From Octopus vulgaris (Eukaryota), in the NCBI GenBank assembly GCA_951406725.2, contig OX597831.1, forward strand, positions 1,302,001 to 1,366,000: a DNA stretch of 64,000 bases. The letters run 5' to 3'. The translations under genes and the position numbers were made by a program. Below, one piece after another: positions 13,315-26,412 of this stretch. Under the pieces are notes generated by a model that saw nothing but the letters and a program-made list of their open reading frames with translations, was not told the origin of the DNA and did not search any database. Position 1 is the first letter of the stretch; each line of letters opens with the position of its first letter.

Positions 13315-13722
13315 TAAAACATGAAATGAATGGACAATTTGGATATTACTACACGAGTTTCGGTAGCAAATTTATCATAAACATATTACGTCATACAATT
13401 TGGTATGCAATAACATGCAAGATTATATAAGATTAAGCAATAAAGTGTTTGTGTAAATTTGTCGCATCCTCAGGTAACATTTCAGAAGAGATTTATAAGT
13501 TGATATGTACCACTGGAATAATATGTTACCAATATTCAAGTGGTATGTATCACCTTATAATTTATGAAACGTTACCTCAGGATGTGATAAATTTATACAT
13601 ACAGTTTATTACATAATCTTACATGTTACTGCATACCAATCTCTATAAAAGAATATGTTAATAATAAATTTGCCACTGAAACACATAGTAATATCCATAT
13701 TATCCATTCATTTCATGTTTTA
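13315..13722. repeat. ~408-bp imperfect palindrome (fold-back)
   Basis: TAAAACATGAAATGAATGGA at the left end pairs with TCCATTCATTTCATGTTTTA at the right end; the arms align throughout, centre about 13525. Confidence 0.9.
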
Positions 13723-13748
13723 GTGTGTGTGTGCATGCTTCTGTGTGT

Positions 13749-13793
13749 ACAGTCCAACAATGACTTCGGTGGCGAAAACTTCGAAGTCGCTGT
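13749..13793 (+). ncRNA. decayed minimal type I hammerhead-like motif (Penelope-type)
   Basis: ACAGT / CCAACAA / TGAC-TTCG-GTGGC / GAAAA / CTTCGAAG / TC / GCTGT. Has stem I, a UUCG loop, a palindromic stem III and a GUC triplet, but the core is mutated. Confidence 0.4.
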
Positions 13794-13869
13794 CAACAAC
13801 ATTCTTGTATAAGAGTAATAAACTTGTACTCTGCTAAAAGTATAGACGAACCCTTCAGATTAATACCAG

Positions 13870-13996
13870 AATTTATACTTTGTAAGACTAGCACTTGTTC
13901 TATAAGTCACTTTTGCTGAACCGCTAGGTTACAGGGATATAAACATACCAACATCGGTTGTCAAGTGATGGTGGGAGACAAACACAGAAACATATA

Positions 13997-14033
<37 letters not shown>

Positions 14034-14195
14034 GATGGGCTTCTTTCAGTTTCCATCAACCAAATTCACTCACAAGGCTTTGGTCGGCCCAAGGCTATAG
14101 TAGAAGACACTTGCCCAAGGTGCCACGCAGAGGGACTGAACCTGGAATCATGTGGCTGGAAAGCAAGCTTCTTACCACACAGCCACACCTGCGCC
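13870..14195 (-). mobile_element. SINE family A, 3'-truncated
   Basis: Same head and body as 5446-5853. Confidence 0.85.
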
Positions 14196-14385
14196 TATAT
14201 ATATATATATATTGCCATATCTGACTGGCCTGGTGCAGCCTTCGGGCTTGCCAGACCCCAGTTGAACCGTCCAACCCATGCTAGCATGGAAAGCGGACAT
14301 TAAACGATGATGATGATGATGATATATATATATATATATGTATGTATATATATATATTTATGCCTATATATATTTAGACATGCAT

Positions 14386-14423
<38 letters not shown>

Positions 14424-15112
14424 GATTAAAATACCAAGTAAAATTTTACAGGGGAAATGTTAGTTTTATTTCATTAACTGTTTCTTTGAATCTTGCAAGT
14501 AAGAGTGTATTCATCATGTTTTCTCTTGTAAAAAATATTTAAAACTTCAAGAACCTCGGGCAATAACAATAAAATAAAATAAAAGTAAATAGCATTAAAA
14601 AAAAATCTAACCGAAGCAAATCAGAAATTAAAATACCTCCTCTCAAGAAATCTCATTCTATTCATAACTCTCTCATAGCAACAGGGATTTCAAGTGTTTT
14701 GAAAAAATTTTTAATGAAATATTCCAATTAACCATCAGTTCCTGGGAGAATTAGATTTGCATGATAGAAGCTTAATAGGGATAGCTGGGAGGGTAAGGCC
14801 ACACAACTTGAGAGCAAGCCAGAGAGAATGGAGCCAGATAGAGCAGTAATATTAGGCAATGGATATAACATTAAATGATCAAGTTGTTGGAAACTAGAAA
14901 TGACATTTTAGCTTTCATTGAATTGCCTTCTCTTTTTCTCATTTCTTAGCCATTCATCGTTTTCTTCGTTTTCATTAGTAAAGGAGATTCCCAGAGCAAA
15001 AAGCATCTCTTCTGTACATTTACAAGAGTACTGCACTTGAAATCCAAAAGTTTTCCAGTGCAGTTTATTGGTGTTACTCACTGGGTACAGTTTATATGGT
15101 AGTATTTATACA

Positions 15113-15122
15113 GAAGTAGTAC

Positions 15123-15198
<76 letters not shown>

Positions 15199-15211
15199 GG
15201 TGGTGGTGGTG

Positions 15212-15255
<44 letters not shown>

Positions 15256-15262
15256 AGTGGTG

Positions 15263-15297
<35 letters not shown>

Positions 15298-15357
15298 TGG
15301 CAGAGGAGGAGGTGACAGCGGAGCAGTAGCAGCAGTAGTAGCAGCAGCAGCAGCAGT
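15113..15357. repeat. (GTA)n/(GTG)n/(GCA)n trinucleotide microsatellite
   Basis: Visible; produces the poly-Val ORF. Confidence 0.95.
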
Positions 15358-15619
15358 GTTGTTGTTATAGCTTCAGTTATCTTTACTCAAGTAAGCCTAT
15401 GTATTTCGAAATAATTTGTACATGAACTTGTCTCCTAAGCTTCAAGTGGGCTATGATGGATCAGTGCCTAGATCTACTTTTATCATTTAGTGAATGAGAG
15501 AGAAACCTTCCCTTGGATAGGAAGTTAGTCTATAGCAATAATATCTCTTCCAGATAATATATCTTGGTGAACTATTGCAATGTAAAATGAAGAATGAAGC
15601 CAAATGGATTTTGGCTTCA

Positions 15620-16228
15620 AACAAGTAAAACTTAAAGCAAAACAAAAAAAAAAACAGATGATAAACGAAATGAGAATAACAATAAAATGAAATGAACAAT
15701 AAAACTATACAGCAAACTAAATAAATAGCACTCGTTAAATATAACATGTTCAAAAATGAGTAGGAAGAAGTGTAAACTTATCTGTTTCTATGTATTTTAC
15801 ATTCTCTCATCCATTAACTCGTGTATACAGTTTATAAACAACTATCTCAATTCTATGTACTACCCAATACAATTTATAAACACAACCAACCTGGTTCTAT
15901 GTACAACTCAAACATCCACATGGTGTCGATGAAATAAAACTTTTAAGCTATCATATCCCTTCTTCATCATCTCCTTTATAACACTTAAAAATAATTCCTT
16001 TAAACTCTCTTTACTCTTTAACTTGTTTCAGTCATTTGACTGCGGCCATGCTGGAGCACCGCCTTTAGTCGAGCAAATCGACCCCGGGACTTATTCTTTT
16101 GTAAGCCCAGTACTTATTCTATCGGTCTCTTTTGCCGAACCGCTAAGTGACGGGGGACGTAAACACACCAGCATCGGTTGTCAAGCAATGCTAGGGGGAC
16201 AAACACAGACACACAAACATACACATGC

Positions 16229-16259
<31 letters not shown>

Positions 16260-16740
16260 TACGACGGGCTTCTTTTCAGTTTTCGTCTACCAAATCCACT
16301 CACAAGGCTTTGGTCGGCCCGAGACTATAGTAGAAGACACTTGCCCAAGGTGCCATGCAGTGGGACTGAACCCAGAACCATGTGGTTGGTAAACAAGCTA
16401 CTTACCACACAGCCACTCCTCCTTCTTCATCATCTCCTTTATAACACTTAAAAATAATTCCTTTATATATCTTCTTCAACCGAATAATGCTTGTACTTTG
16501 TTTTAGTTCCACATCTAAATAATTCCTCAAATACACCTCAGAGATTGAAAAAAATATACTCTTCATAGTGGTACATACACAAAGTTCCTTTAGAATAAGC
16601 TTTCTTCTGAAATTACAACCACACCCATTCCAAAGAACTTGTATCTTGTACATTACCCTGTAATAACTTATCTTCCATGAATTAGCTATTTGAGGACTAT
16701 CTTCAAATCTGTACTGAAACACTTATAGTTTATAATTTTA
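15620..16740 (-). mobile_element. Crack/L2-like LINE 3' end, interrupted by a SINE A copy
   Basis: C-terminal peptide CTTMKSIFFSISEVYLRNYLDVELKQSTSIIRLKKIYKGIIFKCY followed by a 3' UTR containing CTTCTTCCTACTC..TTTGAACATGT. Confidence 0.6.
16003..16420 (-). mobile_element. SINE family A, young, flanked by a 45-bp direct repeat
   Basis: Full length with CpGs retained; 15958-16002 is identical to 16421-16465. Confidence 0.92.
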
Positions 16741-16914
16741 CAATGTACTCATGATGACATTTGTGGCTGTAAGCTGTTGCCAAGCCAAGTTTGTGATCTA
16801 GTGTTTCAATTTCTGGTTGCAGCAGTTGATTTCATTTATGCTATAAATACTTCTTTGAGAAAAAGAATGATTTTTACATATTTACATCATTCAACTTAAT
16901 GAATACAAGGCTTA

Positions 16915-17108
16915 TCATCATCATCATCATCATCATCGTTTAGCGTCCGCTTTCCATGGTAGCATGGGTTGGACGGTTCAACTGGGGTCGGGGAAGCCAG
17001 AAGGCTGCACCAGACCCAGTCTGATCTGGCAATGTTTCTACAGCTGGATGCCCTTCCTAACGCCAACCACTCTGAGAGTGTAGTGGGTGCTTTTTACATG
17101 CCACCGGC
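16915..17108 (-). mobile_element. SINE family C 3' part
   Basis: (CAT)n-CGTTTAGCGTCCGCTTTCCATG..CTGGATGCCCTTCCTAACGCCAACC. Related copies at 8790-8960, 14215-14322, 30485-30663. Confidence 0.85.
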
Positions 17109-17125
17109 TTATATATATATATATG

Positions 17126-17159
<34 letters not shown>

Positions 17160-17301
17160 CGTGTGGCTGTGTGGTAAGAAATTTGCTTCCCAACCACATA
17201 TTTCCTGCTTCAGTCCCACTGCATGGCATCTTGGGTGCATGTCTTCTACTATAGCCTTGGACTAACCAAAGCCTTGTGAGTAGATTTGGTACACAGAAAC
17301 A

Positions 17302-17332
<31 letters not shown>

Positions 17333-17849
17333 ATATACTCGAGTAAGCACATAAATGTGAAACAAGTTTGAAAAAAATATTACTTGAATACCAGAGGTAG
17401 AGTAATAAAGCTACAAAAATATCCCCCCAAAATTGCTACTCAGAGTTTCATGTTCTTGTTCATGTCTGTGTATGACCCTCACCACCAACTGGCGTTACAT
17501 CCCAGTAACTTAGAGGTTTAAGAAAAGAGACCAGTAGAATAAGTACCAGGCTTTAAAAAAAAAAAATAAGTACTGGGGTTGATTCTTTCTTGAAGGTGGT
17601 GCCCCAGCATGGCTGTGTGTGTGTTTATGTGTGTGGTTGGCAGCATTAATTTAAGAAAAGCTGTACACAGGAACATGTATCTCCAATCTCATTTAGTTAC
17701 CCAGTTCTAGTTATTTTACTCTTACTAGCATCATCAACACTATAGCTACTGAAGATATCTTATTCTGTAGAGTACCTTCACTAGAAAAGAATAACATTCA
17801 TTCATAGAATGAAGGATTTAATAAGAAATTTCTGTAGACAGTTGTGCTC

Positions 17850-18071
17850 AAGTTGTGCTCACTAACCAAGAAGACATTTCATACAACCATCTACAGAGTC
17901 ACCCACTGTACATCACTGCTGATTCTTGACATACGGCTGTCAGCCTATTTAATTCTTCTGTGTTCAGAATTGATATTTTTGGTCTCTGAAATTGAATGAC
18001 TCTAATACCAAATGGCTACTGTTATTAAAAATCAGTTCAAATACAATCTGAAGTTAACAGTCAAAAGATTC

Positions 18072-18107
<36 letters not shown>

Positions 18108-18378
18108 GCAATAACAACAATAAATTTAGAAACGACTTTCATTCTGGTTTTGTGTGCATTGTGAATGAACAATCAAGTAGAAAGCCACTGAGACTGAATG
18201 TACATATTTAACACTGTATTTTATCATTATTATTATTATTTATATTTTTTTACTTTGAATAATCTATTTTATCTTATCTATTTAACTTTTCAAATCTATC
18301 AAGACGAAATTTCAACACACATACCATGTAAATGTACATGACAATAAAGCAATTGTATTTTATTTTATTCTATTCTAA
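17850..18378 (+). mobile_element. possible Rex1/L2-like LINE 3' remnant
   Basis: Ends TGTACATGACAATAAAGC..(TTCTA)n; upstream coding trace is very weak. Confidence 0.35.
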
Positions 18379-18839
18379 TGTTCTTGAAAAAAATATGTGA
18401 ATGTCATACGCAATTTTATTTTCTTCTGTGAAACTAACATTTTGTACCCATGTAAAAAAAAAATCTATCTTTAAGATCTAGTATATAATATTCATACTTT
18501 TGTTTTATTATATTCAAAATTATCACAAATTGATACTGTAGATTATTCTACTTTCTGTAGTGATATATGGATTAGTGATAAACAAGGATGTTTATTAGTG
18601 GTGTTGATTACCTTGAAACAACCATGCTAAAATTTGAACCCAAGTCCTTACATTGAATCACCTAGCTGTCAAATCACCATACAATACAAATCAGACACAA
18701 AATGTGCACAACAATACGATAAAGAGTATAGATTTCTAAGACTTCCAAATGTTATGTGTTCGAACAAACAAATCTAAGGACAGACACATGGATAAATAGA
18801 CACATTCAGGCAGAGAGATAGACATGTAGGGAAGATGGC

Positions 18840-19300
18840 TAGGCAGACAGAGAGACAGATGCAGACAGACTTTCATTCATATAGGCAGGCAGACAGTCAG
18901 ATGGATATCTGGATAGGCAGAAAGAGACAGACAGTAAAGAAGGCAAATAGCTAAGTGGAGAGATAGACAAATAGATAGACAGAGATAGAGACAGATGGAT
19001 AAACAGATAAACATAGAGACAAATATACAGGTAGACAGTGAGTAGATAGTCAAATAGGTGGATAAATAGTGGATAGATAGATGGATAGATATATAGATTG
19101 ATAGATAGTGAGAGAGAGAGAGAGAAAGAGAGGGGTAGATAGAGGCAGATAGATATATAGATAGATAGACAAATAGATAGATAGACAGATAGATAGATAG
19201 ATACACAGACACACAGACAGATAGATAGGTAGGTAGGTGGAAAGACAGACAGATAAACAGATAGACAGACAGACAGACAGCTAGATAGACAGGTAGACAT
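18840..19300. repeat. degenerate (GATA/GACA)n field
   Basis: Visible. Confidence 0.85.
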
Positions 19301-19529
19301 ACATAACAGGAGAGAAGGAGAGAGTGTTGTACAAAAAAAGACAGAAAGTCATAAAGGGACAGAAGAGGTGGGGGTGTCAGAATATAGACAAAGAAAGGCA
19401 GAGAGGGGTGTGGCTATATTGGCTGCACAGCAAGGAGGCAGTTTAGCTGACTCCCTGGTCTGCACACAACCATTGCAACAATGCAAAAAAAGGGACAGCC
19501 ATCGGCAAGCTATTGATTGCAACACTGCT

Positions 19530-20668
19530 GGTAGTCTGTGGTGGTAGTGGTGGTTGTGGTGGTGGTGGTTATATAGTATTGGAGTGGTGGCAGTGGCAGT
19601 TATAGAGTAGTTGTTGTGGTGAAGTTGTTGGCGATAATGGTATTGGTTATGGTGATAGTGGTGGTTACAGAGGTGTAGTAGTGATTATAGAGGTGTTGGT
19701 TTTCACGGTTATAGTTGTCATAGTCAATGTGTTTGTGTTGATATTGTTGGTTATGGTTTTAGTGGCAGTTATAGAATAGCAGCAGCAGCTGTGGTAGTGG
19801 GGGTGCTAGTGATAGTAGTGGTGATGGTGGTAGTGGTGTGCATAGCAGTTGTTGTGGTGGAAATGTTTATGGAGATGGTGGTGGTGGTGGTGGTGGTGGT
19901 ATGTTGTTGTTGGTGTTAAACCTTCATTGACCAAACCTCTAAACAAAGACATTCCAGCAATGACCATCCTGTCTTTTATCTGCGTTACCTCATACTGCCT
20001 GCCCTTTATATCACACCAGTAAGGTGTGATTTGAGGGAGATTTGGCTGCCATTTCTAGGCAATTACACCAACCCTGTAGAGCCTTCTTCACTATGGCAGA
20101 GGATGGTTGTTGTGTGGGTGTTGGAAGTGGTAGTTATTGTGTAGTAACGGCTGAGGTGTAGTAATGTTTGGAAGTAAAAACAGAGGTTGGAGTATTATGG
20201 TGGTGGTGGTGGGGGGATGATGGATGATGGTATTCACACCCACATCCATCACACTATTGGCATTAGTGTGGTGGATGTGGGAGAGGTAGTAGAAACAATA
20301 ATAGTGTTGTTGCTACTACTGTTGTTGTTGTTGTTATTTAGCCCCAGGTCAGCCCTAATCAAGCAGTCTTATGATTCTGTGATCAAAGGCATTCCAGCCA
20401 TGAACATCCCATCTATGTTATTTTTTTTCCTATTTTTTTCTTCTTCAGGCATGGTGTGTCTACGGACACTCAATGTATCCTCCTTATTTTTTTAAAAGAA
20501 GGTAATGTGTCATATGAGGGGGACCTGCTATTTCTAGCAGGACAAGCAACCATACAGAGGTTTCCTTGTTGGCTCGCCAGCAGCAATGATATTACTAATA
20601 GTATAAATGTAATGTTCATACTAGAAATAAGGTTTGGGTAATAGCAATACAATATAGGGGGTGAAATG

Positions 20669-20701
<33 letters not shown>

Positions 20702-20876
20702 TGAGAGAGAAAGAGAGAGAGAGAGTGTGTGTGTGGTAGTTTTAGAGGTGATGGTGATGGTGTTGATGAGGCTGGAAGAAGCAGCGGTAGTGGTCATGAT
20801 ATATTTTGACAGTTCGAAATTAGTGGTTATGGTGGGTAGCTGTGGCTACAGTGGTGGTGATGGTGGTGGTGGAGGC

Positions 20877-20918
<42 letters not shown>

Positions 20919-21384
20919 GGTGGTGTCACTAATACAGTGTTATGGCTGTAGTCGCAACAGTGACAGTAAAGGTGGTGGTGGTGGTGGTAGTGGTGGAGGT
21001 AATGGTGGTGGTTGTAGAGGTAGTAGTAGAAGTATTAACAGTAGTGTCACTAACAGTGTTATACCTAACAGGGTGTTATAGTTCCAACAGTGGTGGTGGT
21101 TGTGGTAGCAGTAGTAAAAGTAATAGTATTTAGTAGTGTCACTAACAGCGTGTTATGGCTGTAGCTGCTGTAGTGGTGGTGGTGGTGGTGGTGGTAGTAG
21201 TGTTGTTGGAGCTGGTAACACTAGTGCAGATGATACCTGGGAGGGGAACAAATAGTGATGGCATCGCTGTGTGATGAACATGTAGTGGTGACGGTAGTGT
21301 TGGTAGTGGTAGAGGCTGCAGACTGTGATAGTGATGATAATATTGAATGTGTAGTGGTGTTCGTAATAGTAGTAGTAGTAGTAA

Positions 21385-21418
<34 letters not shown>

Positions 21419-21790
21419 CGTATCACAGACAGCAAAGGGGCAGTAGTGTCATCACAGACAAACAGTGGTGGTGGTTGGTATCATAGACACTATGGCAGGG
21501 ATGGTGGTGGCTGTATAAGTGGTCCCAACACTGGGTGTGATGGTAACAGTGATGGTGGTGGTGGTAGTGGTAGTTCTGATGATGATGATGGTGATAGCAA
21601 GAGTAGCAGCAGTGGTGGTGGTGGTAGTGGTGGTGGTGGTAGTGGTGGTGGTGGTGGTGGTGACCCAGCCAGGTGACAGTAGAGTATTTGTGTTGGCATC
21701 GTGATGTGTCCTGCTTGTGCAATATATCATCATCATTGTCGTCATCAGCATTATCATCATCATCAGCGTCATCGTCATCATCGACAGCCA
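19530..21790. repeat. (GGT/AGT/GAT)n low-complexity region with interspersed repeats
   Basis: Visible. Contains family D copies and three copies of a GTGTCACTAA..GTGTTAT motif. Confidence 0.8.
20325..20578 (-). mobile_element. SINE-like family D
   Basis: CTGCTAGAAATAGCAG..GATG(G/T)TCATGGCTGGAATG..GGGCTGACCTGGGGCTAAA(CAA)n. Related copies near 19905-20090, 34005-34470, 37660-37860, 56345-56550, 62580-63330. Confidence 0.75.
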
Positions 21791-22329
21791 CAGAACAGTT
21801 TGAGAAGCCAAGTGTGAGCAGTAACAGAAGTGATGGAGAGAATGGAAGAGAGAGAGAGAGAGTGAATTAAAAAAAGGGAGGTGGCCAGTTTTTGTCTTGG
21901 CTTTCTTGAAACCCTGGAACTGAGGAAAGGAGCAAATGAAGTGAAAAGAAAGAAAGGAAGAAAAGAAAGAAAGAAAGAAAGAAAGATTGAAGGAAACAAC
22001 CGAAAGTTAAACTGAGAAACGGAAGAGACGGGAAATTAAATGGGAAGTTCAAGGAGTTAGAATGTGTGTGTGTGTGTGTGCACGTGTGTGTGTGTGTGTG
22101 TGTGCACGTGTGTGTGTGTGTTTGAGCGACTAGTTACACATGAAGCAGTATATATGTGTAATGCTTAACACAATGTTAGATATACGTATATATATATATA
22201 GAGCTACATAGAGTAATACACACACACATATATATACACACACACACATATATATATACACACACACATATATATATACACACACACACACACATAGAAA
22301 GATATTCATATATTTATAGAGGTATATTC

Positions 22330-22700
<371 letters not shown>

Positions 22701-23277
22701 TGTAAGTAAGAAGAAAAACAAATCTGCCAGTTTATTTGGCAAGTGTTTGTGCACATAATCTATACAATACACACACATACGCACATGTATATGCACCTAC
22801 ATATACATGCATAAGTTAGTAAATTTAATTCCGTTTCAATCATTCAACCCAATCTCCTGATTTCTTCCTAACTCATGTTATTGTTGTTGATGTTCAGGTC
22901 GGCCTTTAGTTGTGTCAGTCTAACAAGAATGGGAAGCCCTGCAAAAGTGAGGGGTACTGCACCTCCTAGGCTAAGTAACTTACAAAACATTACGCGTCTA
23001 AGTGTCGCAGTCAAAAGATATTTAATCCATAAGGAGTTGTTGTTTAACCCTGGGCAAGCCATGCTCCAATAAATTCCCTATGATCATAAGCATTCTAATT
23101 GCGACTAATTTAAACATTACTGTTATAATTATAATGTAATAAAACAATGGTAGTGAGCTGGGAGAATCGTTTGCATACTGACAAAAATACTTAGCAGCAT
23201 TCCATCCATCTTTACATTTTGATTTCAAATTCTTGAGGTTGACTTTACCTTTCATCCTTTCGGGGTCTTTTTTATCT

Positions 23278-23482
23278 TTTATCTTTTACTTGTTTCAGTC
23301 ATTTGACTGCAGCCATGCTGGAGCACTGCCTTTAATCAACCAACTCAAACCTGGGATTTATTCTTTTGTAAGCTCAGTACTTATTCTATTGGTCTCTTTT
23401 GCCAAACCACTCAGTAACGGGGACATAAATACACCAGCATCGGTTGTCAAGCAATGCTAGGGGGACAAACACAGACACACAA

Positions 23483-23525
<43 letters not shown>

Positions 23526-23688
23526 TACGACGGGCTTCTTTCAGTTTCTGTCTACCAAATCCACTCACAAAGCTTTGGTTGGCCCGAGGCTATAGTAGAA
23601 GACACTTGCCCAAAGTGCCACGCAGTGGGACTGAACCCAGAACCATGTGATTGGTAATCAAGCTACTTACCACACAGCCACTCCTGCA
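23278..23688 (-). mobile_element. SINE family A nested inside a family B copy
   Basis: B sequence stops after CATCCTTTCGGGGTC (about 23267) and resumes at TAAAATAAATACCAG (about 23698). Confidence 0.85.
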
Positions 23689-24274
23689 CCTATTAAATAA
23701 AATAAATACCAGTTGAGCACTGGGGTTGATGTAATCGACTAGCCACCCCCACAAATTTTCAGGCCTTGTGCCTACAGTAGAAAGGATTATCATAATAACA
23801 CATTATTATTATTATCAAAAAGTGTGATGCATTGGCAGAATCATTAGAACATTGGGGAAATGCTTTTGTTCCAGCTCTTCAGAATTTGAGTTCAAATCCT
23901 GCTGAGGTCAACTCTGCCTTTCATCACTCTAGGATTGATAACGTATCAGTCCAGCACTTGGGTTAATGACTGACTAACAATCTCCTCCTGAAATCGTTGG
24001 CCTTGTGCCTAAACCAGAAACAATTATTTCTACTATATAAAGAAGAGAGGTGAAGGTAGCCTTTAAAGTAAAGTCCTGGCTCAAAGACATGCAAAATAAT
24101 AGACTCTATTAAAAGTATTCAAGAACAATGTAGGTGTTAAATGAAGTGATGCCTTAAGATAGGAATGGTCCCTACAACAGGCTTTCAGTGTTTCCTTTTA
24201 CCAAATTTTTCACTTACAAGGCTTTAGTTGCCCCAAGGCTATGGTAGAAGACACCTGCCCATGGTGTCAAACTA

Positions 24275-24435
24275 TATCCTAGTCATGTGATGGTCTGTAC
24301 TTATGTGTTTTGTACCAAGTCATGTGATGATTTATACATAGCCATGTAACAATCTGTACCTAGTTGTATATGTACCTAGCCATGTGATAATCTGTACCAG
24401 ACATGTGACAATGTGATGAGCTGTACCTAGCTATA
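24275..24435. repeat. degenerate ~22-bp minisatellite (CTGTACCTAGCCATGTGATAAT-like)
   Basis: About 6-7 imperfect units visible. Confidence 0.65.
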
Positions 24436-25854
24436 GTACTTCCTAAGAAATAAATGAATGGTTATTTTCATTTTATGATTAGTCAGAGGAGGAAGCATAG
24501 GCCACATAACCTTTAGCTGGATATCCGAGGCTGGTGGGGGTGACAGGGAGGAATAATCTGTGTCATGGATTGCAGCAGTAGGAAACAGTGAATTGGAATA
24601 TCAAGTTCTCTGCAAACCAGGAGTTTGGTACAAATGCATGCAACTAAGTGGACCTTACTGAAGGTAGCTAAAGACTAAACGGTGACAAGCATGTTAGTCA
24701 ATGATATAGTAGATTACCATATACAAACTGCTTAGGCCAATAGTTTGACTATCTAAACATTCAACCAGCCAACCAACTGAAATTTCATGAACCCTATATC
24801 CATGCATGACAAAGCTTTACTTTCTTAAAACAGTTGCAAACAAGCATTTGACAGGAATTCAAAGCAAGAATCAATAAACAAACAACATGAAATGTTAATG
24901 AAACTAAACAAATTTTCACTGCAGGCCATTACACACTGTAACTGTTAAATGCAATCTGTTTGCAAAGTTGAGTTCAAATACAAACAGGTCCAATTTTTAA
25001 AAAATCAATCAAATGCACTTGAAATTTTTGTGCGATTATGTGTGCATGTGTTCACATATTTATAACAACATATGTACACATAACCAAAATATAACCATAA
25101 TTTAAATTATACACACGTGTGTGTACAAACAAACATACATATTCACTCACATGTATCCACACACACACTCAAATATGCATTCGCATACAACAGGTATGCA
25201 ACTGAATACATGTACAGAATTGCCTGCTTGCACATCCGTCCCTCCTCTCTCCTCTCTATATAAATACATATACACAAATATATTTATATATATGTTTGCA
25301 TGTGTATGGAGGTAGTTTCTTCTATTCATGCATATGCACATAAACACACTTTTGCAACTGAATGCAATTTACAGTGCATGCTGAGAACATTATCAAAAAT
25401 GAAACAGACCAAAAACTACACACACACGTGCGCGCGCGTGCATACACATGCACACAAAAAGATTAACAAAAGCCATCCAAGATAACTACACAGATAGACA
25501 ATAATAAATATAACTAACCAAAATAGATAAATGATAAATAAAAAAGAAGCACACAGGGAGAAATCAATAAACAACTAAAGTGCAAATCAAAACTGAAAAA
25601 AAAAAAAAATAGCATCAGCATCAAGTCAATAAATAAAGATGCACAATACAATCAAAGAATCTGCAAATAACTTGAATATATTAATTCCTACGAGATAATT
25701 GACATTGCTTCTGGAGGATTATAAGGAAAGGTTGTGGAGCAGATGATAGAGAGCTGGAACAATATACTTTACAGCACTGAGTTCCTTGTCTCACTGTATG
25801 GGGAGTTCTAATCTTGAAACAGTTGATTTTTGCTTCTCATCCCTTTAACATACA

Positions 25855-25931
<77 letters not shown>

Positions 25932-25952
25932 ATGTATGTATGTATGTATGTA

Positions 25953-26341
25953 TGTTACACTTCCAGGTGGGAAGGGTCGTCCGATGATGCTGACATGCAG
26001 TGTCTGTGCAAGGCCTTGGCTCAGTAAAGCTGGACTCAAGAGTCATCTTCATAGTCATAAAGCGAGACAAATGAGTGACAACCTGGCCACACCATACTAA
26101 TCATATCTGTCAGGCATGTGGAAGAGAGTGTAATTCGGCAGGAGGACTTAAACGACATGCAAAGGTACATGAAGCCCAGTTACAACTACAGCCGGCTATT
26201 GCCGGCAAAGGTTTTAGCTGCCAATTCTGTACAAGACATTGTAGATCTTTAGCTGGGCTAAAAAGTCACATTTGATCACAGCACCAATAACATTTAAACT
26301 TCGTGCAATGGCCGTACTCGATAACGAGGAGGCAGTCATCA
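25953..26341 (+). mobile_element. RTE-like LINE 3' end encoding three C2H2 zinc fingers (frameshift and stop)
   Basis: CSVCARPWLSKAGLKSHLHSH, CQACGRECNSAGGLKRHAKVH, CQFCTRHCRSLAGLKSHI*SQH; short 3' UTR then (ATGT)n. Confidence 0.75.
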
Positions 26342-26377
26342 TGTATGTATGTATGTGTGTGTGTGTGTATGTATGTA

Positions 26378-26412
<35 letters not shown>

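Noticed and set aside
21423-21811. His-, Thr- or Pro-rich protein
   Set aside because: All three frames are short translations of (CAC)n/(GAT)n repeats with early stops.
24275-24435. CRISPR-like array (also considered for 29380-29630 and 38578-39373)
   Set aside because: Tandem units without unique spacers, eukaryotic context, no cas genes.
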